Of a stretch of DNA of 58,355 nucleotides, positions 7,529 to 16,750 are shown piece by piece. Position 1 is the stretch's first letter. Each line of letters starts with the position of its first letter. Made by a program: the position numbers and the translations under genes. Source of the stretch: a virus (Duplodnaviria > Caudoviricetes); the IMG/VR virus record IMGVR_UViG_3300036760_000091, positions 1-58,355 of that record. One strand, 5' to 3'. Below the pieces are notes generated by a model, which saw only the letters and a list, made by a program, of their open reading frames with translations, was not told the origin of the DNA and made no database searches.

Positions 7529-10062
7529 TGGCCGGCGACGGAACCGAGGTCTACACCACCAGTGCACGCGGCGACAATCTCGCCGTGCCGAAGGATCTCG
7601 TCACCGAGTCGGCCACCGAGCGCGAGAAGGAGACGCCCGAGGCGAAGGCGAAGCGCGAGTCTGACGCCAAGACCATCCTCGAGACGATCAAGGAAATCCG
7701 GGCCACCGAGCGCGCAGAAGACCAGTTCCGGAAGGACGCGAAGGACGATGCGGACTTCCGTGTCGGCACGAAGGGTGATCGCCACTACCAGTGGCCCCCG
7801 CAGGTGGTCGAGAAGCGCAAGGCGGAGGGCCGGCTGATCACCACGATCAACCGGATGCCGAGTTTCGTCCGGCAGGTCACGAACCAAGCGCGTCAGGCCC
7901 GGCTCCGTATCCGCGTGAACCCGTCGGCCGGCCACGGCGCGGCGCGCGTCAAGATCGCGGAGGTCATCCAGGGCATCATCCGCAACATCGAGACGGACAG
8001 CTTCGCGGACCGGGCGTACAACAAGGCGGCAGACAAACAGGCCGAGCAGGGTCGGGGCTTCTTCCGGCTGATCACGGAGTGGGCGGACGAAAAGAGCTTC
8101 CAGCAGAAGATCAAAATCCGTCAGGAGAAGGACCCGCTCTGCATCTACTTCGATCCAAACTGCCAAGAGGCCGACTACTCGGATGCCTGGTGGGCGCACA
8201 AGATCGTAGACCTCTCCGACGACGACTTCGAGTCCCAGACCGGCGAGAAAGCGCCGACCGAGCAGCAGATCACAGCCTTTGTTGGAGACGACACCGACAA
8301 GAAGGACTGGTTCCCGGCCGGGAAGACGCGCTTCGTGGAGAGCTTTCGTAAGGAGAAGGACGGCCCGCCGAGAAAGCTGGCCGAACTGTCGACACCCACG
8401 CGCGACGTCATCGAATATCCCGACGAAGCCGGCCTGAAGAAGCTCAAGGACGCCGGTATCACGATCCTCCGGACCCGTGACGCTCAGAAATACAAGATGA
8501 CCTGGCGCAAGTTGACCGGGTTGAAGGTGTACGAGACGACGACGTGGGCCGGCGAGGCCCCGCCGTGGATTCCTGTCATTGGCGAAGAGAACGAAGCCGA
8601 CGGCGAATTGGACTTCCGGGGCGTGGTGCGTGACGCCAAGCAGCCCGCGATGCTCTTCAACGTCGAATCCGCCGCGCTCCTCGAGGCGATCGGCCTCGGC
8701 ATTAAGGCGTCGATCGTCGGCTACAAGGGCCAGTTCGGCGCGGAGAACAGCGCCACGCGCCGCGCGTGGGAATCCGCCAACACGACCCCGCACGTCTTCC
8801 TCGAGATCGAACCGGTCACGATCGACGGCAAGCCCGCGCCGATTCCGCAACGGCAGATGTTCGAGGCTCCGGTCGAAGCCATCATCGCTGGCATTCAACA
8901 GACGGACGCGGATCTGAAGAGCACCGCCGGCTGGCATGACGATTCCCTCGGGGTGGCCGGCCGGTCCGATTCCGGCAAGGCCATCACCGCCCGCCAGCGG
9001 CAGGACGAACTGGGAAGCTCGCACTACCTCGACAACCTCCGCTTCGCGCTGTGCTCGGCCGGCAAGCAGTTGATCCGGTTGATCCGGGTGACGTACACGA
9101 TGCCCCAGGTCGTCCGCATCACGGGCAACGACGACGTCGCGCGGGACGTGATGGTTTTCTCAGGCAAAGACGCGGATCCCCGCGACCAGCAGAACTGGCA
9201 GGTCCATCCGGCGAGCGCCACGCAGCATCACAAGACGGCAAAGGGCGAGATGATCGCCCCCGGCCAGCCGATTCCCTTTGAGCTACCGGAAGGCGTGAAG
9301 GAGATCTACGACCTGTCGGTGGGCGAGTTCGACGTTGAAGTCTCGGCCGCGCCGGACCCCGGCACGCGCCGGCAGGAGCAGATGGACGCGCTGACGGGCG
9401 TGTTCAAGACGCTCCGCCCGGAGATCACCGAGAAGTTCCTCGACCTCCTGTTCCAGTTGGGCGACCTCCCGGTCTTCCAGCAAATGAGCGAGCGCGCAAA
9501 GAAGCTCGGCCTCGGCATGTCGGACGACGACGGCCAGATGGCGAACTGGCCACCGGAGGCGCAGGCGATCGTCGGCAAGATGAAAGCCGAGCTTCAGAAG
9601 ATGCAGCAGGAGCTGCAGGCCGCGACGATGAAGCTGGCGACCAAACAGCCGGAACTCGAGAGCCGCGAGCGCATCGCCAAAGACAAGAACACGCTCGAGA
9701 TGATCCTTGCCCACCTGGACGACATGTCCGCGAAGTGGGAGATGCGCGCCAAGCACGAGACGGCGATCGCGGTGGCGGAAATCAGCTCGAAGGCCAAAGA
9801 GCCGGATCTCACGAAGGTCGAGATCGCGCGCCTCGGCGTGCAGTCCGACGACGCGCAGCGCGCGCACGAGTCGATTCAGGCCAACGCCGACCGGACGCAC
9901 GAAGCCACGCAGGCCGAGCAGGATCGTCAGCACGAAGCCGAGCAGGCCGAGGCCGCACGGACAGCGGCCGTGCAGGCGCAGGAGTCGTCACAGCAGCACG
10001 ACGCGGCGCAGACCGAGCGCGCCGCGCAGGCCGAGCCGACGGACGAAGGAGGCGGAGCGTAG
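7528..10062 (+). CDS. Portal protein (P22-like)
   Basis: QWP...TINRMPSFVRQVTNQARQ, GRGFFR, IYFDP, GVVRDAKQP and SGKAITARQRQ motifs; C-terminal coiled coil; follows terL. Confidence 0.92.
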   Translation: MAGDGTEVYTTSARGDNLAVPKDLVTESATEREKETPEAKAKRESDAKTILETIKEIRATERAEDQFRKDAKDDADFRVGTKGDRHYQWPPQVVEKRKAEGRLITTINRMPSFVRQVTNQARQARLRIRVNPSAGHGAARVKIAEVIQGIIRNIETDSFADRAYNKAADKQAEQGRGFFRLITEWADEKSFQQKIKIRQEKDPLCIYFDPNCQEADYSDAWWAHKIVDLSDDDFESQTGEKAPTEQQITAFVGDDTDKKDWFPAGKTRFVESFRKEKDGPPRKLAELSTPTRDVIEYPDEAGLKKLKDAGITILRTRDAQKYKMTWRKLTGLKVYETTTWAGEAPPWIPVIGEENEADGELDFRGVVRDAKQPAMLFNVESAALLEAIGLGIKASIVGYKGQFGAENSATRRAWESANTTPHVFLEIEPVTIDGKPAPIPQRQMFEAPVEAIIAGIQQTDADLKSTAGWHDDSLGVAGRSDSGKAITARQRQDELGSSHYLDNLRFALCSAGKQLIRLIRVTYTMPQVVRITGNDDVARDVMVFSGKDADPRDQQNWQVHPASATQHHKTAKGEMIAPGQPIPFELPEGVKEIYDLSVGEFDVEVSAAPDPGTRRQEQMDALTGVFKTLRPEITEKFLDLLFQLGDLPVFQQMSERAKKLGLGMSDDDGQMANWPPEAQAIVGKMKAELQKMQQELQAATMKLATKQPELESRERIAKDKNTLEMILAHLDDMSAKWEMRAKHETAIAVAEISSKAKEPDLTKVEIARLGVQSDDAQRAHESIQANADRTHEATQAEQDRQHEAEQAEAARTAAVQAQESSQQHDAAQTERAAQAEPTDEGGGA

Positions 10063-10254
10063 ATGGATCACCAGCCGGTCCCTGAACGGAAAAAGCTGAC
10101 CGTCCGAGAAGCCGCCGATCGCTGCGGGGTCAACTACGACACCTTTCTCAGTTGGGTGAAGAAAGGGGCGTGCCCGCACATCCTGGTGGGTCCCGCGCAA
10201 AGCATCCGCGTCTTCGAGGATGACGTCAGGCTCCTAATCGAGATCAAAAACTAA
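10063..10254 (+). CDS. Excisionase/BldC-like (MerR-type) HTH protein
   Basis: LTVREAADRCGVNYDTFLSWVKKG...IRV. Confidence 0.8.
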   Translation: MDHQPVPERKKLTVREAADRCGVNYDTFLSWVKKGACPHILVGPAQSIRVFEDDVRLLIEIKN

Positions 10255-10335
10255 CCGAGACTCCCGATCCTGCCGAAAGTCGGAAGAACCCCCTTCCGAC
10301 ACCACGCCATCTCATCGGACACTGTCGCCACACAA

Positions 10336-10680
10336 ATGGTTGCAGGTTCCTGCCAGAAGTGCGGCGTCGTCCGCGAACGCCTTCACCGCGATCACGTTGT
10401 TCCGAAACATCTGGGCGGAGCCAGCCATAAGAGCAACTACCAGTACCTCTGCGCGAATTGCCATGAAGACAAAACGCGCGAGGAAATGAAGGTCTTCTAC
10501 AACACGCCCGCTCAGCGTGCTGCGCGCGCAGAGCGCGCTCGTCGTCCAAAGGAAGACACAACCAAGTTGGCACATCGGAATGCCACTCGGGAATGGTGGA
10601 CGACTGCGACTCCAGCGCAAAAGGAAGAGCGAGCGGCGCAGATGCGGCGTGGATGGTCAAGTCGAAGGGAAGCAGCGTAA
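10336..10680 (+). CDS. HNH endonuclease
   Basis: CQKC...DHVVPKHLGG...NYQYLCANCHEDKT. Confidence 0.88.
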   Translation: MVAGSCQKCGVVRERLHRDHVVPKHLGGASHKSNYQYLCANCHEDKTREEMKVFYNTPAQRAARAERARRPKEDTTKLAHRNATREWWTTATPAQKEERAAQMRRGWSSRREAA

Positions 10681-11031
10681 ATGGCAGGTCCTGCGACATC
10701 TTCCCCGGTTGGAACTTCGTACGCCGCGCCCGCCGCTTCTCCGAAGCGCGGCGCACTTGAAAACATCGACATCGAGATCGCCGGCAACGGCGGCTGCATG
10801 GTGACGATGCGCTACAAGTCGCTGCCCTCGAAGAAGGGCGACAGCATGGTGATCGATTACGACTCCACCCGCGAGAAGGCGGCGCTCGGCAGCACCGATG
10901 AACTCCTGACGTACCTGAAAAGCAAATTGGGCGCGTCCGCCGCCGAACCCGACGAGGACGACACGACGGCGGAATCCGCCACCGCGCCGACGCCGCAAAT
11001 GGGCGGGGGCGACACGAGCGAGCAGGCGTAA
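10681..11031 (+). CDS. Hypothetical protein
   Basis: ORF abutting the HNH stop; GC3-rich. Confidence 0.65.
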   Translation: MAGPATSSPVGTSYAAPAASPKRGALENIDIEIAGNGGCMVTMRYKSLPSKKGDSMVIDYDSTREKAALGSTDELLTYLKSKLGASAAEPDEDDTTAESATAPTPQMGGGDTSEQA

Positions 11032-11083
11032 TCGAGTTTTCACCAACGCGCGGGTTTGAACGCGCGATCAGGGAGCACCGACG

Positions 11084-12214
11084 ATGACACCCACCGACCA
11101 GCAAAGCGATATCGAAGTCACTACCGCGACCCGATCGGTCGAGGAAGTGAACGCTTCGCTGGCCGAGGCTGCGCCCAAGCCTGCCGAGGCGAAGGTCCCG
11201 ACCGCCGCAGAGATCAAGACGGCGAGCGAATCGGCCATCGCAGAAGACGCCGCCGCCACGGGGTTGGACGCGGAAGTGCTCAAGGCCATCAACGACCTCG
11301 AGCCGCCGCCCGACAAGAAGATCGAGACGGTCCCGGAGCGCCGCGCGCGCATCAGCCGATCCACCAAGCGCGTCCTCGGAGAGATCGCCAAGCGGAAGAC
11401 GGCTGAAACCGAGCGCGACGACGCGCGCACGAAGCTGTCCGAGGCCACCGCCAAGATTGCGGAACTGACGGCGGGGAAACCTGCCGACGGTGCCGCTGCT
11501 GCGAAAGCAGCCCCCAACGCGGACGGGAAGCCCGCGACCACCACGCCGGAGTTCAACTTTCCCTCGTGGGAGAAGTACCAGGAAGAGCACCCGGACGCCG
11601 ACTTTACGGAATACAGTGACGCGCGCACCGACGCGCGATACCAGTACAACGAATCGCTGAAGACGAAGAAGCTCGAGTCGGAAGACATCGACAAGCGCAC
11701 GAAGCTCGCGTTTGATGACGCCGCCGCTGGCGAACAGGAAGTTCGCGCCGAGTTCCCGGACTACGACGAAGTGACGTCGAAGATCGTGCTCGCCACGATC
11801 GAGGTCGAGGAAAACGGTCAGAAGGTCATCAAGCCGGCTTCGGGCACCGTGGCCCTCCAGGGCGAACTGCTCCGGATGGGTGGCAAGAAGGGTGCGGCGT
11901 TCAATCGGTTCCTCGGACTCAATCCGGCCGACGCGAAGGCGCTCATGGAGTCGCCAACGCCTGCGGACTTCCTCCGTCTTTTTGGTCAACTCGAATATCG
12001 GTTCTCGCAGGCACCCGCCGCGCCGGCTTCCGCCGCCGCGACGACCGACGCCAAGCCTGCTGTGACCAAGACACCCAAACCCGCTGCGCCCGCCCCGCTG
12101 GCACCGGTTCGAGGCGCGCACTCTCCAACGAAGACGGCCGCTGATGTTGCTGAAGACGGCGAGGATGCGGACGACTACATCTCGCGCCGGAAACAGGAAC
12201 TGGCGTCTGCGTAG
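11084..12214 (+). CDS. Scaffolding protein
   Basis: Acidic Ala/Pro-rich coiled coil with FPDYDEV, directly upstream of the coat gene. Confidence 0.75.
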   Translation: MTPTDQQSDIEVTTATRSVEEVNASLAEAAPKPAEAKVPTAAEIKTASESAIAEDAAATGLDAEVLKAINDLEPPPDKKIETVPERRARISRSTKRVLGEIAKRKTAETERDDARTKLSEATAKIAELTAGKPADGAAAAKAAPNADGKPATTTPEFNFPSWEKYQEEHPDADFTEYSDARTDARYQYNESLKTKKLESEDIDKRTKLAFDDAAAGEQEVRAEFPDYDEVTSKIVLATIEVEENGQKVIKPASGTVALQGELLRMGGKKGAAFNRFLGLNPADAKALMESPTPADFLRLFGQLEYRFSQAPAAPASAAATTDAKPAVTKTPKPAAPAPLAPVRGAHSPTKTAADVAEDGEDADDYISRRKQELASA

Positions 12215-12225
12215 GAAGGTAGATC

Positions 12226-13449
12226 GTGGCTGATAACGACATTCTCACAGACGACGTCCTCGCCAAAGAGGCGCTGATGATCGTCGAGAACAACCTCGGC
12301 ATCACGAAGCTGATCAAGCGTCGATATGAAGGACGCTTCGCCCGTGAGGGCGGAAAGATTGGCGACCACATCGGCATCCGCAAGCCGGTTCAGTGGTCCG
12401 GTCGTGAAGGCGAAGTCATGGAGCCGGAGGGCGCGCAGGAACGCAGCGTCACCCTGAAGATCGACCATCTGATCGGTCAGGACCTCTCGTTCTCCAACGT
12501 GGACCTCACGCTGAAAATCGACATGTTCCGCGAACGGTATTTCGACACCGCTTGCGCGCGCATTGCGAACATGCTCGACCAGGCCGTCTGCCGGCAGTAC
12601 GTGAACATCCCGAACTACACCGGCGTCCCTGGCACGACCCCGACGACGTTGGACTCGTTCTTCGACGCCAGCGTCCTGATGTCGAACTTCGGCGTCCCCG
12701 GCCGTGGCCGGTCGATGGTCGTCTCGCCCCGCGTCGAGGCGTCGATCGTCAACGCTCTGAAGGGTCTGTTCCAGTCGGCCACCGCGCTCTCGAAGCAGTA
12801 CGAGACGGCGATGCTCGGCCATGTGATCGGCTTCGACTGGATCATGGACCAGAACATCAGCCTCCACACGATCGGCCTCCTCGGCGGCACCCCGCTGGTG
12901 ACGACGGCGAGCCAGAGCGGCTCGACCATCAACACGAACGGCTGGACGGCGACCACGGGCAAGGTCAAGCAGGGCGACATCGTCGGGTTCAGCGCGACCG
13001 ACGCCGTCAACCCGATGTCGAAGGATGACACCGGGGCGCTGCGCGGCTTCGTCGTGACCTCGGACACCACGGCGGACGGGTCGGGCAACATGACGATCCC
13101 GATCTTCCCGACGATGGAGTTCTCGGGGCCGTACCAGAACGTCAGCGCCCTGCCGGCGGCAAACGCGCCCGTGACGATCTTCGGATCGGCCTCGGCCTAC
13201 GCGAGCACCGCCACCAAGCAGAACCTGGCGATTCACACGGAGTGCATGACCGCCGCGTTCGTGGACCTGGACCTGCCGAAGGGCATGGCGATGGCCGCGC
13301 GCGCGAAGAGCAACAAACTCGGGCTGGCCATCCGGATCGTCAAGGGTTTCGACATCCGGACCAACCAGGAGCTGTGCCGTCTCGACGTGCTGTTCGGCCT
13401 CAAGGTCCTCTACGAGGACTTCGGATGCCGCGTGCAGTCGGCGCAGTAG
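12226..13449 (+). CDS. Major capsid protein (P22 coat family)
   Basis: ENNL...KIGDHIGIRKP, DLTLKIDMFRERY, GFDWIMDQN and C-terminal RLDVLFG motifs. Confidence 0.93.
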   Translation: MADNDILTDDVLAKEALMIVENNLGITKLIKRRYEGRFAREGGKIGDHIGIRKPVQWSGREGEVMEPEGAQERSVTLKIDHLIGQDLSFSNVDLTLKIDMFRERYFDTACARIANMLDQAVCRQYVNIPNYTGVPGTTPTTLDSFFDASVLMSNFGVPGRGRSMVVSPRVEASIVNALKGLFQSATALSKQYETAMLGHVIGFDWIMDQNISLHTIGLLGGTPLVTTASQSGSTINTNGWTATTGKVKQGDIVGFSATDAVNPMSKDDTGALRGFVVTSDTTADGSGNMTIPIFPTMEFSGPYQNVSALPAANAPVTIFGSASAYASTATKQNLAIHTECMTAAFVDLDLPKGMAMAARAKSNKLGLAIRIVKGFDIRTNQELCRLDVLFGLKVLYEDFGCRVQSAQ

Positions 13450-13481
13450 TACTCGAGGGACATAACCACCACGCAGAAAGA

Positions 13482-13511
13482 CGCCCGGCGGGCGAGCAAC
13501 CCCGCCGGGCG
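13482..13511 (+). other. GC-rich hairpin after the coat gene
   Basis: CGCCCGGCGGG-N8-CCCGCCGGGCG; no U-tract. Confidence 0.6.
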
Positions 13512-13554
13512 CGTTCCTGAACCGACTTATCAACCCTTTCGAGGGGAGAACTCA

Positions 13555-14487
13555 GTGATGAAGCGCACCCGTTCGATCCTGCCGATGCTGCTGTTCGCCG
13601 TCATCTTCATGATGCTCGGTGCGCACGCGCACGCGCAGACGTTTCTGACCACAACCACGACGACCGCCGCCGTCACCAGCCGATCGCAGCAGCAGGTTCC
13701 GCTGACGTCCGTGACCGGCATGAACGTCAACGACTACCTCTGGTGGGACGGTGAGGTGTCGCAGGTTCAGGCGATCAACACGACCAGCAAGATCGTCACG
13801 CTGACGCGCGGGAAGCGCGGCCAGACACCCAACGACTCAATGGGTGCAGGCCGAGGCCACGCGAGCGGTGTCACCGTCCTCTACGGGCCAGTGAAGGCGT
13901 TCTATCTGGACGACGTCTCCGGCGCATGCACGGCCGCGAACGAACAATACATGCCTCACGTCGTCGTCACGTCCGGCCGCGTCTACGACTGCATCGGCTC
14001 GGTGTGGCAGGTCGTGCGCGACATCTTCGGCACGCCGGCTGAGACGCAGCTGGTCGACAATGCCTCGGTGGCGTCAGGCACCACGCAGTCGACGGACTAC
14101 ACGCTGAACTCCATCGTGATTCCGCAGGCGGAGTGGGCGCTGTCGCGCGGCATCTCGTGTCGCACCTGGGGGCAGTCCGCCACCAACGCGAACGCGAAGA
14201 CCTACAAGATGTTCTTCGGGGCGACGGCGGTGGCGACGGATGCGACTGGTTCCTACAACAACGTGTCGTATCTGGCGAGCCTCGACGTCCTGCGGACCGG
14301 CATCTCGACGCAGTTTGGCTCGGCAACGATCACCGGCACGCCCGGTGCGCCCACCGCCGGCCCCACCACGAACTCGGCGCTGGCGGAGGCGGAAACCGCC
14401 GCCATCACCATCAAGTTCACGTCGAACAACACCGCCGCTGCCGCCGCGTCTGCGACCGGCAAGGGCATGACCTGCTCGCTGTACTAG
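13555..14487 (+). CDS. Signal-peptide-bearing Thr-rich protein (putative decoration protein)
   Basis: MKRTRS-hydrophobic-AHA|Q; 4 Cys. Confidence 0.75.
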   Translation: MMKRTRSILPMLLFAVIFMMLGAHAHAQTFLTTTTTTAAVTSRSQQQVPLTSVTGMNVNDYLWWDGEVSQVQAINTTSKIVTLTRGKRGQTPNDSMGAGRGHASGVTVLYGPVKAFYLDDVSGACTAANEQYMPHVVVTSGRVYDCIGSVWQVVRDIFGTPAETQLVDNASVASGTTQSTDYTLNSIVIPQAEWALSRGISCRTWGQSATNANAKTYKMFFGATAVATDATGSYNNVSYLASLDVLRTGISTQFGSATITGTPGAPTAGPTTNSALAEAETAAITIKFTSNNTAAAAASATGKGMTCSLY

Positions 14488-14497
14488 GGCTGACGCC

Positions 14498-14950
14498 ATG
14501 ACGCGCCTGATTCAACTCCTCGCCCTGCTCGGTCTGCCAGCGTTGGTGCTGGCCCAGAGCGCCTCTGGCTATCAGCAGCTGTCGATGTCGGACCTCGTGA
14601 CCCCGAGCACGATCAGTGCTGGCGTCACGCTGAACTCGACACGCTGCGAGGGGACGCTCGAGACGGCTAAAATCCGCGTGCTCTGGACAGGAGCCGTACC
14701 GACGACGACGTCGGGACAGCCGATGTATGTCGGGGACCGCATCACGCTCGCCAACGCGACGGACATCAGGAATTTCAAAGCCATCATCATGTCAGGCCAG
14801 TCCGGCTCATCCGTCGCCGTGCTGAACCTGACGTGCGCGGGCGGGACACTGGCGGAGCGGTCGTTCATTGCGCCCGCCACGTCTGCGTCGACGTCGGGCC
14901 TTCCGATCTGCAACCCGCTGTACAAAGCCGCTGGCGTCAGCTGCCAGTAA
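14498..14950 (+). CDS. Signal-peptide-bearing protein, paralog of 15500
   Basis: MTR-hydrophobic-VLA|Q; C-terminus ICNPLYKAAGVSC. Confidence 0.75.
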   Translation: MTRLIQLLALLGLPALVLAQSASGYQQLSMSDLVTPSTISAGVTLNSTRCEGTLETAKIRVLWTGAVPTTTSGQPMYVGDRITLANATDIRNFKAIIMSGQSGSSVAVLNLTCAGGTLAERSFIAPATSASTSGLPICNPLYKAAGVSCQ

Positions 14951-14982
14951 AGACAACTTCTTTCGCATAAGGGAGACTGGAA

Positions 14983-15471
14983 ATGTTCCGAAACCTGAAG
15001 ATCGCCGCCGTCCTCGCCGCGCTGCTCATGCTCGCGGTTCCCATTCACGCGCAGAATCCGTCCGGGATCGCCGGCTCGGTGCCCACGCAGGCGGGATCTC
15101 CTGCGTATTCGCTGACCGCCATCAGCTCGACGGCGGCGGTGAACAACCAGGTCACACTGACCATCCCCGCGCCGACCGCGTCCGGGTACTACAACTATAT
15201 CTGCTACTTGGGCTACAACGCCTCGCAGGACGGCACGGCCACGGCGCAGACGAATGCCGTGACGACCAGCACGAACTTCAACGCGTTCGCGCTGAAGTAC
15301 AGCCTGACGGCGACGGCGACCATCAACTACGCCCGCGACTTCTACTGGGGGAACCCGGCGACGGGGTGTGTGAAGAGCGCCGCGCCGACGACGTCGACGA
15401 CCTTCGTGTCGCCGGCTGCGGGTGCGAACATCGCCTTCACCTGGCAGGCGACATATTACCAAGCGCCATAA
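14983..15471 (+). CDS. Signal-peptide-bearing beta-rich protein
   Basis: MFRNLK-hydrophobic-IHA|Q; RBS aaggga. Confidence 0.75.
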   Translation: MFRNLKIAAVLAALLMLAVPIHAQNPSGIAGSVPTQAGSPAYSLTAISSTAAVNNQVTLTIPAPTASGYYNYICYLGYNASQDGTATAQTNAVTTSTNFNAFALKYSLTATATINYARDFYWGNPATGCVKSAAPTTSTTFVSPAAGANIAFTWQATYYQAP

Positions 15472-15499
15472 ATTCAGTTAATTCAGACACTTAACTGGC

Positions 15500-15979
15500 A
15501 TGACGCCGTTCCGCGTGCTGCTCGCGCTGGTCCTGCTCGGCCTTCTGGTCGCGCCGGTCCGCGCGCAGCAGCCGGTTACGACCCAGACTCTCACCGTCAC
15601 GGCCACCACGGCCGTAGGGCTGTCCACGACGACGATCAGCCCTGCCGGCGCGCCGGCAGTAGGCAATTGTCAGGGGCAGGTCCAGGGCGGCTCCGTGCTG
15701 GTCTGGGCGACGGGGGCGACTCCGGCGGTCGCCAGCGGGAGCACGCCAGCCTCGGGCTTCTGGCTGAACCCAGGGTCCTTGTTCTGGCTGACGTCGTTCA
15801 TCGCGTCCAAGCAGTTTCTTGCCGTGGCCGTCGGGGCGACCGCCACGATTCAGTTTCAATGCGCGCGCGGCGCGGACATGTCCGGGTCGCTCCCTCCGTT
15901 GGTGGTGAATTACGACCCCGGCACGGTGGGCGTCTCGTCCTGTAACGCGCTGCTCAAAGCATCCGGCTACTGCCGGTAG
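15500..15979 (+). CDS. Signal-peptide-bearing protein, paralog of 14498
   Basis: MTPFR-hydrophobic-VRA|Q; C-terminus SCNALLKASGYC. Confidence 0.75.
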   Translation: MTPFRVLLALVLLGLLVAPVRAQQPVTTQTLTVTATTAVGLSTTTISPAGAPAVGNCQGQVQGGSVLVWATGATPAVASGSTPASGFWLNPGSLFWLTSFIASKQFLAVAVGATATIQFQCARGADMSGSLPPLVVNYDPGTVGVSSCNALLKASGYCR

Positions 15980-15988
15980 GAGATCAAC

Positions 15989-16738
15989 GTGGCCGAAGAC
16001 ACCGAAGTCAACCCGCACTATCCGCGCTTCATGTTCCACGCCTCGCTCGATGAGGGGAAGTGGAAGGGCGGGCGTCTGTTCAAGACGGCCGAGGAACTCG
16101 AGGCGGCGATGGCCGAGGACGACCGGTGGGTCGACACGCCGGCCAAGTTCGATCCGAACTACACGGCCCCGGCGCGCAAGCTCGCGCCCGGTGAAGAACT
16201 GGCCGAGGGCGAGGTCGAAGCGGCTCCGGAAGGCGAGCAGTATCCGCGCTGGATCTTCCCGAGCGAGAAGGACATCGACGGCAAGCCGTTGCCGCCGGTC
16301 TTGGTGCAGACCGCCGAGGAACACGCGGCGTGCGATCCTGAGCTGTGGCACGAGTCGCCGGACCCGAAGACGTGGGGCAAGATCAAGCGGCCCGTGGCGG
16401 CGCGGCAGATGGAAGAGAGCGAAAAGCCGGCCCTGCCGGCTGCTGGCTCGTCGCCCGTGCCGGCCGCGCCCACGCCGGTCCCGGTGGACGTCGACGCCGC
16501 CGCGCTCGCCGCTGCCGCCGATGCGCGCGCCGCGCAGGTTGCGGCCGACGCGAAGGACGCCCAGGCCGTGCACGATGCGACCGTGGACGAGATCGCCGTC
16601 AAGATCGACAAATGCAACGACCCGGAGGTCCTGAAGCGGCTCCGGATGCTCGAAGCGGTGAACCCGGACGGGCCGAGGGTCGGCATCCTGAAGCCGATCA
16701 AGGCCAAACTCGATCAACTCGCTGCCGACAAGGCGTAG
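15989..16738 (+). CDS. Hypothetical virion-module protein with an internal duplication
   Basis: Two YPRxxF...TAEE...W(V/H)(D/E)(T/S)P modules; aggag RBS. Confidence 0.7.
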   Translation: MAEDTEVNPHYPRFMFHASLDEGKWKGGRLFKTAEELEAAMAEDDRWVDTPAKFDPNYTAPARKLAPGEELAEGEVEAAPEGEQYPRWIFPSEKDIDGKPLPPVLVQTAEEHAACDPELWHESPDPKTWGKIKRPVAARQMEESEKPALPAAGSSPVPAAPTPVPVDVDAAALAAAADARAAQVAADAKDAQAVHDATVDEIAVKIDKCNDPEVLKRLRMLEAVNPDGPRVGILKPIKAKLDQLAADKA

Positions 16739-16750
16739 AAGGGATGAGGC

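Noticed and set aside
10063-10254. Evidence of a lysogeny module
   Set aside because: Xis-like HTH only; no integrase, att site or CI-type repressor found
7390-12121. Long minus-strand ORFs (544 and 625 aa, and similar ones elsewhere)
   Set aside because: Arg/Gly-rich antisense shadows of GC3-rich + strand genes with no motifs
13482-13520. Intrinsic terminator after the coat gene
   Set aside because: Strong stem but no U-tract; kept only as a hairpin
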